Shown: positions 26,757 to 36,235 of the stretch, one piece after another | Position numbering within the stretch: the stretch's first letter is position 1 | Layout of the letters: each line of letters begins with the position of its first letter | Assembly (NCBI GenBank): GCA_023247215.1 | Contig: JAHFGX010000001.1 | Coordinates: 36,880 to 100,879 of the forward strand | Direction: 5' to 3' | Origin: Candidatus Omnitrophota bacterium | GTDB taxonomy: Bacteria > Omnitrophota > Gorgyraeia > Aquiviventales > Aquiviventaceae | DNA: 64,000 nt | Notes under the pieces: model-generated | Database searches by the model: none | The model's input: only the letters and a program-made list of their open reading frames with translations | What the model was told of the DNA's origin: nothing | Made by a program: the position numbers and the translations under genes

Positions 26757-28647
26757 GAGCGCACGATGGGTGCTGACGACCCCCAGCCGCGCTGCGCGCT
26801 GGGCGCGCGCCGGGTCGCCTCGCGAACGGGAATGGTGCTACTTCGGCGCCGATGCGGCCCAGCGGGCGCGGCTCGAGGGCGTCCTGGCTCCGGCGAAGCG
26901 GGTGGAGCTGGCGGAGGGGCTCACCCGCGTCGCGTACGACGAAAAGCAGCCGTTTCTCGATTGGCTGCTCGAGGTGGGGCGGCACCAGCCGGACCACGTC
27001 TCGTGGTGGAGCTCCACGGTCGCGACGTGCAGCCCGCTGCAGACCGACATGTTTTTGCTGGCGTGCTATACCCGGCTGCTAGAGGCATGGCTGCGCGAGC
27101 CACCACCGGGGCCGCAGCGCTTGATCGTGGTGGAGGATCCCTGGCTCGGGCTGACGTTGCGGCGGCATGTCCAGCGTGATTCCCGCGTCGTCTGTGACGG
27201 CGTGGGATTCCTGGCCTGCGCTCGCGATGCCGTTCTCCGAATCGGGAAGGCGCCCCGGGTCGCGCTGGCGACGCTCTATTCGGCCGTGCGATCGTTCGTC
27301 CTGACCCGGCGGCTGTTTCCCCGCGTGGCGGATCTCGCTCCTGGACACCCGCCGGGCTCGACGCTCCTGTATACCTGGATTCGCCCTGAATCCTTTTCGG
27401 CGCCGGGGCGGCTGAACGATCCCTGGACCGGACGGCTCGACACCATCTTGAACCATCAGGACGGGCGCGTCGTTCGGCTCAGCTCGTCGGACATCCCGCC
27501 CGCCTTGCTGCGCCGGTTGCAGCGGCACGGGGTGCCGTGCCTCGTGACGCCGAGGCATCTGACCCTGGGCGATCTGGTGCGAGCCCTCGGCGCTTGGTTT
27601 CGCGTGCAGCGACTCGAGCGGCTGCCACGCTACCAGGGATGGGACTACCGGTGGCTGCTGGCTCGGGAAGAGCTTCGCGAATGGAGCCGCTCCGATTTTT
27701 GGCACTATCGGCTCGGCTACTTTGCGACGCGCCGGATCGCGGCGCGCTACGGACGCCAGGTGCAGAGCGTCATTTACCCCTTTGAGAACCAACCCTGGGA
27801 AAAGCTCTTCTGCCTGGCGTGGCGTGAGTGCGCCCCTCACGTGAAACTCATTGGGTATCAGCATTCGTGGGTGCCCCCCTTGCTCCTGCCCTATGCGCTC
27901 GCGAACGGGGCGTGGGACCTCCTGCCATTGCCGGATCAGATCGTGACGAGCAGCGAGTTCAATCTGGAACGGCTCTCGGATGGAGGCTATCCAGCTGAGC
28001 AGCTCCTCAACGGCGGCGCGCTTCGGCACGAATATCTGCATACGAAGCTTGATGAAATCGCGCGGCAACGGGCCGCCCGCGCCGAAGGGCATGGTGGCGA
28101 GGCGCCCACGGTGCTGGTGACCTTTCCGTTATCCCGGCCGCATGCCGGAAGCCTGCTCGCGGATTTCCTGTCGGCGTTCAGAGAGCCGCTGATCTTGAAG
28201 CCTGGGCGGGACGGGACGGTGCAGTTTCAGTTGAAATTCCATCCCGTCCTTCCGCTAGGGCACCTCCTGCCGGCCGGTGTCGCGCTTCCTCCGTGGATGA
28301 CCATCGTGCACGCGCCGATGGAGCAGTTGCTGCCGGGGACGGATCTGCTGCTGTATGTGGGGCCGACGTCAAGCTGGTGGGAAGCGTTTCTGAGCGGCGT
28401 GCCGGTGTTGAAATACCGGACCGACCTGATTGACATCGACGCCGGCAACCAGGCAGATGCCATGCCGGTGCCGGTGTGTTCCGGCGCCACCCTCCGCGCC
28501 TCCCTGGACCGCCTCCTGCGCGGCGACCGCCCCGCCGCCGGGCGCCCGCCGGCCGGCCTGGTGGAGAAGATGTACGGCCGGGTCAACGAGGCGCTCTGGG
28601 TCTCCGTCACACGGGGCCGGCCGCTGCCGGCCGGATCGTCAGGATAA
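26734..28647 (+). CDS. Large surface-carbohydrate biosynthesis protein, putative GT-B-fold transferase
   Basis: GAGGAG RBS before GTG 26734; YPFENQPWEK, IGYQHS, LKFHP, TSSWWEAFLSGVPV. Confidence 0.6.
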   Translation: MPTPFAHKSARWVLTTPSRAARWARAGSPREREWCYFGADAAQRARLEGVLAPAKRVELAEGLTRVAYDEKQPFLDWLLEVGRHQPDHVSWWSSTVATCSPLQTDMFLLACYTRLLEAWLREPPPGPQRLIVVEDPWLGLTLRRHVQRDSRVVCDGVGFLACARDAVLRIGKAPRVALATLYSAVRSFVLTRRLFPRVADLAPGHPPGSTLLYTWIRPESFSAPGRLNDPWTGRLDTILNHQDGRVVRLSSSDIPPALLRRLQRHGVPCLVTPRHLTLGDLVRALGAWFRVQRLERLPRYQGWDYRWLLAREELREWSRSDFWHYRLGYFATRRIAARYGRQVQSVIYPFENQPWEKLFCLAWRECAPHVKLIGYQHSWVPPLLLPYALANGAWDLLPLPDQIVTSSEFNLERLSDGGYPAEQLLNGGALRHEYLHTKLDEIARQRAARAEGHGGEAPTVLVTFPLSRPHAGSLLADFLSAFREPLILKPGRDGTVQFQLKFHPVLPLGHLLPAGVALPPWMTIVHAPMEQLLPGTDLLLYVGPTSSWWEAFLSGVPVLKYRTDLIDIDAGNQADAMPVPVCSGATLRASLDRLLRGDRPAAGRPPAGLVEKMYGRVNEALWVSVTRGRPLPAGSSG

Positions 28648-28651
28648 CCGT

Positions 28652-29629
28652 ATGGCCATGCCCCGCGTCAGCGTCAATCTCTGCTGCTACAACGCCGAGT
28701 CGTTTCTCGAGGAGACGCTGCAGAGCATCTTCGCGCAGACCGATCCGGACTGGGAACTGGTGATCGTGAATGACGCCTCCACCGATGGGACGGATGCGCT
28801 GATCCGCTCGCACATCGCCGCCGGTCGGCCCATCGTGTACGACCCGCTCTCCTCGAACGTGGGGCTGGGCGCGGCGCGCAACCGCGCGCTGGCGCGCTCC
28901 TCCGGGGAGCTGATCGCGTTCATTGACCATGACGACGTGTGGCACCCGGAGAAGCTGGCGTGCCAGGTGCCGCTGTTCGACGCCGACCCCCGCGTGGGAT
29001 TGGTCTACAGTGATTGCGTGAACGTCTGGGAGCATGGCGAATGGTTCCGCCAGTTTGACCGGCTGCGCCCCTGCGAGGGCGAGGCGTTTCCCGCGCTCTT
29101 GGCCCAATACCCCGTCAGCATCCAGACGGTGGTGATCCGGCGGCGCGCGCTGGAGGATGGGTTGGTCGGATTCGATCCGCGATTCCGGGTGCTGGAGGAC
29201 ATGGAGTTCGTGCTTCGGCTCTCGCGCCGCTGGCGGTTGGCGGTCGTGCGCGACCCGCTGGCGTGGATCAAGATGCGCCGCGACAGCGCCACCTGGACGC
29301 TCCGCGACCGCTGGCCGGTGGAGATGCGCCTCATTCTGGAAGCGCTGCGGGCGGATCCGGAGATCGAGCGGCGGCACCCGGAGGCGTTGGCCCGGTTCGT
29401 CTTTGAAATTGCGCGGATGGAAGCGCGGATCGCCTGGGAACGCGGCCGGCGGGCGGATGCGCTGGCCTGTCTGGAACCGTATCGCCGCCGCTACCGCGAG
29501 GCGCTGCGGGATGTCTGGCTGGTCCGATGCCTGCCGCATGCGGCCTATCAGCGAGTTCGCCGATGGATGGTGCGAGGCGCGCAGGCGCTTCGCCTGACCG
29601 AACCGGTGAAATGTCCGACGGTTCACTAA
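28652..29629 (+). CDS. GT2 family glycosyltransferase
   Basis: VSVNLCCYN, VNDASTD, ARNRAL, FIDHDD, EDMEF. Confidence 0.92.
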   Translation: MAMPRVSVNLCCYNAESFLEETLQSIFAQTDPDWELVIVNDASTDGTDALIRSHIAAGRPIVYDPLSSNVGLGAARNRALARSSGELIAFIDHDDVWHPEKLACQVPLFDADPRVGLVYSDCVNVWEHGEWFRQFDRLRPCEGEAFPALLAQYPVSIQTVVIRRRALEDGLVGFDPRFRVLEDMEFVLRLSRRWRLAVVRDPLAWIKMRRDSATWTLRDRWPVEMRLILEALRADPEIERRHPEALARFVFEIARMEARIAWERGRRADALACLEPYRRRYREALRDVWLVRCLPHAAYQRVRRWMVRGAQALRLTEPVKCPTVH

Positions 29630-30537
29630 CTGGCGCGCGGGTCCTGGTGACCGGCGCATCCGGGTTCGTGGGCGCGCACGTGTGCCGGGCCTTGGCGGCG
29701 GCCGGGGCCGAGGTGCAGGCGCTGGAGCGCGGGCGGCTCGGCGACGCGGGCAGCCTGGCGGAGCATCTCACGCGGCTTCGTCCCACGCACCTCGTGCATC
29801 TCGCCGGTTTGCGTGGAGACGCGCCGGGCGGCTGGCCGGCGCATCAGGAGGCGAACGTCTTGCCCACGGCGTGGTTGCTGGAGGCGGCGGTGATGTCGCG
29901 CTGCGATCCGATGGTCCTCATCGCCAGCTCCAGCGCGGTCTACGGAGCCGCCCCCGCCCACGACCAGCCGCTTCGGGAAGACCAGCCCCCGCGCCCGCTC
30001 ACGCCGTATGGCGTAAGCCACGTCGCCAAAGAGATGCTCGCGCTGCAGGCGCATTTGGCCCACCGGCTGCGGACGGTGCGGGTGCGCATGTTCAATCTCG
30101 TCGGGCCGGGCCAGCCGGAGACGCTGCTGGCCTCGAGCCTGGCGCGGCAGGTCGCCGTCGGAGAGCGGCAGGGCGGGACGATCGTGATCCGCGTGGGCAA
30201 CGTGTTCCCGCGGCGGGATTATCTGGACGTGCGCGATGCGGCGCGGGCCTACGTCCTGTTGGCCGGCGCGGCCGTCCCCGGCGAGGTGTATAACGTCTGT
30301 TCCGGCCGGTCCGCGTCGGTGCAGGAGTGTGTCGATCTGCTCGCCGCGGCCGCCGGCCAGCCATTTCGAGTGGACGTGGACCCGGCGCGCGTGCGGTCCG
30401 TAGAGATCTTAGAGCAGCGAGGCGACGCCGGCCGGCTGCGCGAGCTGACCGGCTGGACGCCGGAGATTCCCTTGGGGTCCAGCCTGCGCGACTTATTGGA
30501 GGAGTGGCGGGCGCGGGAAGCCGCGGTGGTGCCATGA
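29611..30537 (+). CDS. NAD-dependent epimerase/reductase (Rmd-like extended SDR)
   Basis: VTGASGFVG, SSSAVYG, TPYGVSH (catalytic Lys position is His), RMFNLVGPGQ, RDYLDVRD. Confidence 0.85.
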   Translation: MSDGSLTGARVLVTGASGFVGAHVCRALAAAGAEVQALERGRLGDAGSLAEHLTRLRPTHLVHLAGLRGDAPGGWPAHQEANVLPTAWLLEAAVMSRCDPMVLIASSSAVYGAAPAHDQPLREDQPPRPLTPYGVSHVAKEMLALQAHLAHRLRTVRVRMFNLVGPGQPETLLASSLARQVAVGERQGGTIVIRVGNVFPRRDYLDVRDAARAYVLLAGAAVPGEVYNVCSGRSASVQECVDLLAAAAGQPFRVDVDPARVRSVEILEQRGDAGRLRELTGWTPEIPLGSSLRDLLEEWRAREAAVVP

Positions 30538-31664
30538 TCCGGCGCGTGCTGTTCGTCATTGGTTCCGCGGCGATCGGCGGCGCGGAAGAGCTGATGTGCC
30601 TGCTGGTGCGGGGGCTGACCCGGGCCGGGCATGTCTGCGTTCTCATCTGCCCGGCCTCCGGCCCGATGGCGGCGCGGTACCGCGAAGCGGGCGCCGAGGT
30701 AAGCCTCGTGCCGCATCAGCTGCTGCATCCAGCCGCGATCTGGCGCATCGCGCGCCTGATCCGGCAACATCGGATTGACGTTGTGCACACCTGCCTGTAT
30801 GCCAGCGACGTGGCCGGACTGTTCGCGGCCCGCCTGGCGGGCGCTCCTCGAATCATTTCACACGTCGTCGGGTGCAATTTCGTCGTGTCGCGCGAGCGCG
30901 GCTGGCGTCGGGCACGCAAGCGCCTGCTGTCTTGGGCGCATCGCGGGATCTATGCCTTGGCCGACTGCGTGATTGCGGTGTCAGACAGCGTGAAGGCGGA
31001 TTTGGCGACGCGGCCGGGCCTCCGCGTGCCGCCAAGCAAGATCACGGTCATCCGCCATGGCTGGGACGCTCCCGCGGCCTCCCATGGCTGGACGGATGAA
31101 GCCGGCGGCCCGGAGATCATTCTGGATGACGGACCGGCGATTGTCGCGGTGGCCAATCTCTTTCCGCTCAAGGGGCATCGGTATCTCTTGGAGGCTGTGG
31201 AGCTGCTGGTTGGGCGGTGGCCGCGGCTGCGCTGCGTCCTGGTGGGCGACGGCCCGGAGCGGTCGGCGCTCGAACAGCACGCGCGCCGTCTCGGATTGGA
31301 GGAGCGGGTGCGGTTTGCGGGGTGGATTGATGAGCCGGCCAAACGGCGCGTGATTGAGCGGAGCCGGTGCGTGGTACTCCCCTCGCTTTCCGAGGGGTTG
31401 CCGGTGTGCGTGCTGGAGGCGATGGCCTTCAGCAAACCCGTCGTCGCAAGCCGGATCGGCGGGATTCCTGAAATCGTCGAGGACGGCCGAACCGGCATGT
31501 TGGTGCCGCCGGCGGACTCGCGCGCGTTGGCGGAGGCGATCCACGCGCTCTTATCGGATGCCGCGCTGGCCGAGCGGATGGGCCAAGCGGGCCGGCAGCG
31601 CCTGCAGCAGCATTTTTCGGCCGGCCAGACTATTGAGCGCATGGAGGAGCTGTACGCCGGATGA
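30534..31664 (+). CDS. GT4 family glycosyltransferase
   Basis: GGAE, KGH, PSLSEGLPVCVLEAMA, GGIPE. Confidence 0.92.
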   Translation: MIRRVLFVIGSAAIGGAEELMCLLVRGLTRAGHVCVLICPASGPMAARYREAGAEVSLVPHQLLHPAAIWRIARLIRQHRIDVVHTCLYASDVAGLFAARLAGAPRIISHVVGCNFVVSRERGWRRARKRLLSWAHRGIYALADCVIAVSDSVKADLATRPGLRVPPSKITVIRHGWDAPAASHGWTDEAGGPEIILDDGPAIVAVANLFPLKGHRYLLEAVELLVGRWPRLRCVLVGDGPERSALEQHARRLGLEERVRFAGWIDEPAKRRVIERSRCVVLPSLSEGLPVCVLEAMAFSKPVVASRIGGIPEIVEDGRTGMLVPPADSRALAEAIHALLSDAALAERMGQAGRQRLQQHFSAGQTIERMEELYAG

Positions 31665-33367
31665 CGCGGATCCTCGGCATCAACACCGGCTTCGCCCATG
31701 ACCCCGCGGCAGCGCTGATCAGCGACGGCAAGATTGCGCTCGCGGTGGAAGAGGAACGTTTGGATCGCGTCAAGTTCGGCAAGGGGTTCCCCCACCGAGC
31801 GATCGAGGCCTGCTTGAAGCACGAGGGCCTCTCGCTCTCCGATCTGGACCGCGTGGGGTTCAATTTCCAGCCGTGGAAGATGTTCGCCACCGATCTGGCG
31901 CTCAATGCCCGCTGGCTGTTTCGCCGCCGCGCCTCCACCTACGCGGCGTATCATCTCGGGGCCTCCCTGCATCCGCTGCTGTTCCACCTGAAGGAGGCGG
32001 AATGGTTCAAGCGGCGGACCGGCGGCGCGCTGCGCGTCCAATTCCTGGACCATCACCTCTGCCACGCGGCCAGCGCCTTTTACGTGTCGCCCTTCGACGA
32101 GGCGGCGATCCTCACGCTCGACCAGCGGGGGGAATCGGTCTCAGCCACGATGAGCGTGGGGCAGGGCACGGCGATCCGGCGGCTCGGGACGGTGCGCCTG
32201 CCGGATTCGCTGGGGATGCTCTACCTGAGCGTCACCTTGCATCTCGGGTTCCACGTCGGCGACGAATATAAGGTGATGGGGCTCGCCCCCTACGGCACGC
32301 CGGCCTATCGCGACGTCTTCACCGACCTGCTGCAGCAGAACAGGCACGGCGCGTTCCGGCTCAACCCGTCCTATTTCGATTACCTCGGCGCCGAGCGCTG
32401 CTTCTCAAACAAGTTCTATACGGCCCTTGGCCCCCGGCGGCAGCCGGGCGAGCCGATCGAACAGCGTCACATGGATCTGGCCTGCAGTCTTCAGGCGCGG
32501 TTGACGGACGTCGTCTTGAAGATGACCGAGCGGTTGCATGCGCGGACGAACCTGCCCAACCTGTGCCTGGCCGGCGGGGTGGCCTTCAACAGCGTGATGA
32601 GCGGCGCGCTGCTGCGGCACTCGCCCTTCAAACAACTGTACATCCAGCCGGCTGCAGGCGACGCCGGCACCGCGCTCGGCGCGGCGCTGATCATCGCGCA
32701 CGGCCAATTGGGCCAGCCCCGAGGCATGGTGATGGAGCACGCCTTCCTCGGCCCGGCGTTCAGCGAGGAGGAGATCCAGGCGGCGTTGGCGGCCTGCAAA
32801 GTGGCGTATGAGCGGCCGGCCTCGATTGCCCGCGCCGCCGCCGAGCTGCTGGCCCAGGGGCAGGTGGTCGGCTGGTTCCAGGGTCGGATGGAGTTCGGCC
32901 CGCGCGCGCTGGGCGCCCGGAGCATCCTGGCGGATCCGCGATCCGAGGGCATGAAAGACCGCGTCAACCAGTGCGTCAAGCACCGCGAAGGGTTCCGTCC
33001 CTTCGCGCCGTCGGTCTTGGAAGAGCGCGCGGGAGACTATTTCGAGTATGCCGGCGCGTCGCCGTTCATGCTCTTCGTCTATGGGGTGCGTCCGGAGAAG
33101 CGGGCCGTCATCCCGGCCGTCACCCACGTGGACGGCACGGCGCGCGTGCAGACGGTGCGCCGAGCGGACCATCCGCTCTACTGGGAGCTGATCAGCGAAT
33201 TCGAGCGCCTGACCGGCGTCCCCGTCGTCCTGAACACCTCGTTCAACGTGAATGGCGAGCCGATTGTCTGCGCGCCGGTGGACGCCATCCGCTGTTTCTT
33301 CGGCTCCGGCCTCGATGCGCTGGCGCTCGGCCCGTTCCTGATCCGGAAGGCTGCTCATGCTCAGTGA
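31661..33367 (+). CDS. Carbamoyltransferase (NodU/CmcH family)
   Basis: EEERLDRVK, HHLCHAASAF, EYKVMGLAPYG, GDAGTALGAA, EFGPRALGARSIL, HVDGTARVQ, NTSFN. Confidence 0.95.
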   Translation: MTRILGINTGFAHDPAAALISDGKIALAVEEERLDRVKFGKGFPHRAIEACLKHEGLSLSDLDRVGFNFQPWKMFATDLALNARWLFRRRASTYAAYHLGASLHPLLFHLKEAEWFKRRTGGALRVQFLDHHLCHAASAFYVSPFDEAAILTLDQRGESVSATMSVGQGTAIRRLGTVRLPDSLGMLYLSVTLHLGFHVGDEYKVMGLAPYGTPAYRDVFTDLLQQNRHGAFRLNPSYFDYLGAERCFSNKFYTALGPRRQPGEPIEQRHMDLACSLQARLTDVVLKMTERLHARTNLPNLCLAGGVAFNSVMSGALLRHSPFKQLYIQPAAGDAGTALGAALIIAHGQLGQPRGMVMEHAFLGPAFSEEEIQAALAACKVAYERPASIARAAAELLAQGQVVGWFQGRMEFGPRALGARSILADPRSEGMKDRVNQCVKHREGFRPFAPSVLEERAGDYFEYAGASPFMLFVYGVRPEKRAVIPAVTHVDGTARVQTVRRADHPLYWELISEFERLTGVPVVLNTSFNVNGEPIVCAPVDAIRCFFGSGLDALALGPFLIRKAAHAQ

Positions 33368-34394
33368 GGTCCGGCGGTGGTCGGCCGCGCGGCTGCGCGG
33401 CGCCGTGGCCCGAACATTGCTGGCCACCGGGGCCGAGGCCAGGGGCCGCCGCCGCCAGGGCGCGCGCTTGCGGATCCTGATGTATCACGGGGTGGTGGCG
33501 CGCCGGACCGGACCGGGTCGCTGCGGAAATTTGTTTGTGGACCAGAAGGCCTTTGCCCGGCACGCGCGTTCGCTCGCGCGGGATTTTTGCGTGGTATCGC
33601 TGGAGCAGGTCGCGGAGTCCGTGCAGGCGGGGCGGCCGTTTCCGGACCGGGCGGTGTGGATCACGTTTGACGACGGCTACCGCAACGTGGTGACAACGGC
33701 GCTGCCCGTCCTCCAGGCGCTCCGGCTGCCGGCGACGGTGTTTGTCTTGCCGGGGCTGATGGACGCCGGCGAGGGACTATGGTTCGACGCGCTGCGCGTC
33801 CTGCTCGTGGACGGCGTGGAAGCGTCTGAGGACGTGGGGCATGGTCTGACGCTGGGCCGACCCTCGGCCGATCCGGAACGCGCCTGGACCGAGGCGGTCC
33901 GGCGCATCCTTCGGTTGGACCCACGGTTGCAGCGCGAGATGGCGGCGCAGATTCTCGCCCGGGGCCGGTGCGAGCAGTGGCTGCCGCGTCATCCAGAGTT
34001 CGCGCTGGCCGGGTGGGATGAATGGCGCCGCGCCTGTTCGGACGGACTCATCTCCGTGGGGTCCCACGGGATGCGCCATGAGACGCTGGCCGGGTTATCC
34101 AGGGAGGCGTGCATGGAGGAATGGCAGCGCTCGAAATCGCGCATCGAGGACGCGCTGGGCCGGACGTGCCTCGCAGCCGCCTATCCCTACGGCGCGCTCG
34201 ACGCGTCGGCGGCGGAGGCGGCTCGCCAGGCCGGCTATGCGTGCGCGGTCACCACGGACGAGGGCCTCAATGAGGCGCAACACGATCCCATGCGCCTTCG
34301 GCGCACGATGATCGGTGACGGCGGGGACGTGGCGTTGTTCCGCGCACGCGCGTCCGGGGCGTGGGACCTCGCGCGGCCGAGGGGGAGCCGATGA
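33357..34394 (+). CDS. Polysaccharide deacetylase (NodB/CE4)
   Basis: ILMYHGV, ITFDDGY, GSHGMRH, AYPYG. Confidence 0.9.
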   Translation: MLSEVRRWSAARLRGAVARTLLATGAEARGRRRQGARLRILMYHGVVARRTGPGRCGNLFVDQKAFARHARSLARDFCVVSLEQVAESVQAGRPFPDRAVWITFDDGYRNVVTTALPVLQALRLPATVFVLPGLMDAGEGLWFDALRVLLVDGVEASEDVGHGLTLGRPSADPERAWTEAVRRILRLDPRLQREMAAQILARGRCEQWLPRHPEFALAGWDEWRRACSDGLISVGSHGMRHETLAGLSREACMEEWQRSKSRIEDALGRTCLAAAYPYGALDASAAEAARQAGYACAVTTDEGLNEAQHDPMRLRRTMIGDGGDVALFRARASGAWDLARPRGSR

Positions 34395-36235
34395 TCACAG
34401 GCCGCGACATCGTGTGCATTTCTTCCATTGACTGGGACTTCATCTGGCAAGGGCATCAGGAGATCATGACGACCTTCGCCTGGGAGGGGAACCGGGTGCT
34501 CTTTATCGAGAACACCGGCGTGCGCCGTCCCGGCCTGCGCGACCTGCCGCGGCTGCGGCACCGCCTTCAGGCGTGGCGGCAGAGCACGAAAGGATTCCGG
34601 CAGGTGCAGGAGAACCTGTTCGTCTACGCCCCGGTGATCCTGCCGTTTCCGTATTCGCGCGTGGCGCGGTGGATCAATCGCCGGCTGCTGATACGGGCGC
34701 TGGAGCGCTGGATGCGCACCATGGGATTCAGCCGCCCCATCGTCTGGACGTTCCTGCCCACGCCGTTGGCGCGGGATCTCCTTCGTGAGCTTCGCCCCGC
34801 CGCGACCGTGTATTACTGCATTGATGATCTGGCGTCGAGCTCGCGCCAGGCGCGGCGCATCGTCCACAGCGAGCGGCAGGTGTTCCGGGAAGCGGACCTG
34901 GTCTTCGTGACCTCGGAGCAGCTACGGCAGCGGGCGCTGAAGAGCACCAACCAGGTCTACCTGTTTCCCTTCGGCGTCAACGTGGAAACGTTCGAGCGCG
35001 CGCGGCTGCACCCGAACGACCTGCCCGATGAGCTGACGCGCCTGCCGCACCCGATCATTGGCTACGTGGGCGGGTTGCACCAATGGTTGGACCAGGACCT
35101 GCTCTCGGGCGTCATCGAGCGCATGCCGGAGGCCTCCTTCGTCTTCATCGGCCCCGTGCAGACCGACGTGTCGCGGCTGACGCACTGGCCCAACGTGCAG
35201 GTGCTGAGCGCGCGCCCGCATGCGGAGCTGCCGCGCTACCTCCTTGCCTGCGACGTCGCGCTGATCCCGTACCGGTTGAGCGAGTACACCGCGAACGTCT
35301 ACCCCACGAAATTGAACGAGTACCTGGCCATGGGGCTGCCCGTGGTCTCGACCCCGCTGCCGGAAATGGAGCGCTTCAACGCCCGGCATCCCGGCGTCGT
35401 GCGGGTGGCGCAGGGCGCGGAGGACTTCGCGCAGGCGGTCCGAGAGGCGGCGGCCGATCCGAAGGCCGGCCCGGTTGTCGAGCGCCGCATCGATGTTTCC
35501 CGCACGAACAGTTGGCGCACGCGAATTACCCAGATGTCCCGGCTGATTGAGGACGTCCTGCGCCGGCGCCAGGCCACCAACCAGTGGGAGCTGGTGCTGC
35601 GCCGTGTCTACCAGGGAGCTCGCGGCCGAACCGCCCGGTTGTTGTTCGGCGCGCTGGCGGTCTACCTGCTCTGTTTCCAGAGCCCGTTGATTTGGTGGGT
35701 GGCCGAGCCGCTGCGGGTGCATGCTCCGCCGCGGGCGGCGGACGCCATCGTCGTCTTCGCCGGCGGCGTGGGCGAGTCCGGCAAAGCCGGGGGCGGCTAC
35801 CAGGAGCGCGTCAAGCGCGCGGTGGACCTGTATCGCGCCGGGTACGCTCCCCGCATCGTCTTTTCTTCCGGCTACAGGTTCGTATTCCAGGAGGCGGAGG
35901 TGATGCGGGAGTTGGCGGTGGCCCAAGGGGTACCCGCCTCTGCGATAGTGTTGGAAACGAGCGCGCGGAACACCCATGAAAATGTGATCCTCTCTGCCGA
36001 GCTATTGCGCCGAATCGGGGGGGTGCGGTCGGTCCTGTTGGTGAGCTCGCCGTACCACATGCGCCGCGCGGTCGGGGTATGGAAGCGGCTGGTGCCGGGC
36101 GTGGAGACGATCCCTGAGCCGGTGCCGGAAAGCCAGTTTTACGCCCACAGCCGGGGCGCCAGCCTGGAGCAGATCCGCGGCATTTTCCACGAATACCTCA
36201 GCCTCCTCTATTATTGGGGGAAGGGATGGATGTGA
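34391..36235 (+). CDS. GT-B glycosyltransferase fused to DUF218 (YdcF/ElyC) domain
   Basis: N-terminal GT-B (IGYVGGL, PTKLNEYLAMGLPVV), one TM, then ADAIVVFAGG...SARNTHEN...VSSPYHMRRA...HEY. Confidence 0.85.
   Translation: MITGRDIVCISSIDWDFIWQGHQEIMTTFAWEGNRVLFIENTGVRRPGLRDLPRLRHRLQAWRQSTKGFRQVQENLFVYAPVILPFPYSRVARWINRRLLIRALERWMRTMGFSRPIVWTFLPTPLARDLLRELRPAATVYYCIDDLASSSRQARRIVHSERQVFREADLVFVTSEQLRQRALKSTNQVYLFPFGVNVETFERARLHPNDLPDELTRLPHPIIGYVGGLHQWLDQDLLSGVIERMPEASFVFIGPVQTDVSRLTHWPNVQVLSARPHAELPRYLLACDVALIPYRLSEYTANVYPTKLNEYLAMGLPVVSTPLPEMERFNARHPGVVRVAQGAEDFAQAVREAAADPKAGPVVERRIDVSRTNSWRTRITQMSRLIEDVLRRRQATNQWELVLRRVYQGARGRTARLLFGALAVYLLCFQSPLIWWVAEPLRVHAPPRAADAIVVFAGGVGESGKAGGGYQERVKRAVDLYRAGYAPRIVFSSGYRFVFQEAEVMRELAVAQGVPASAIVLETSARNTHENVILSAELLRRIGGVRSVLLVSSPYHMRRAVGVWKRLVPGVETIPEPVPESQFYAHSRGASLEQIRGIFHEYLSLLYYWGKGWM

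Noticed and set aside
31055-31091. 10-bp direct repeat CCATGGCTGG spaced 27 bp in the GT4 linker
   Set aside because: Short, in frame, in a variable interdomain linker, with no inverted ends; weak evidence for an element
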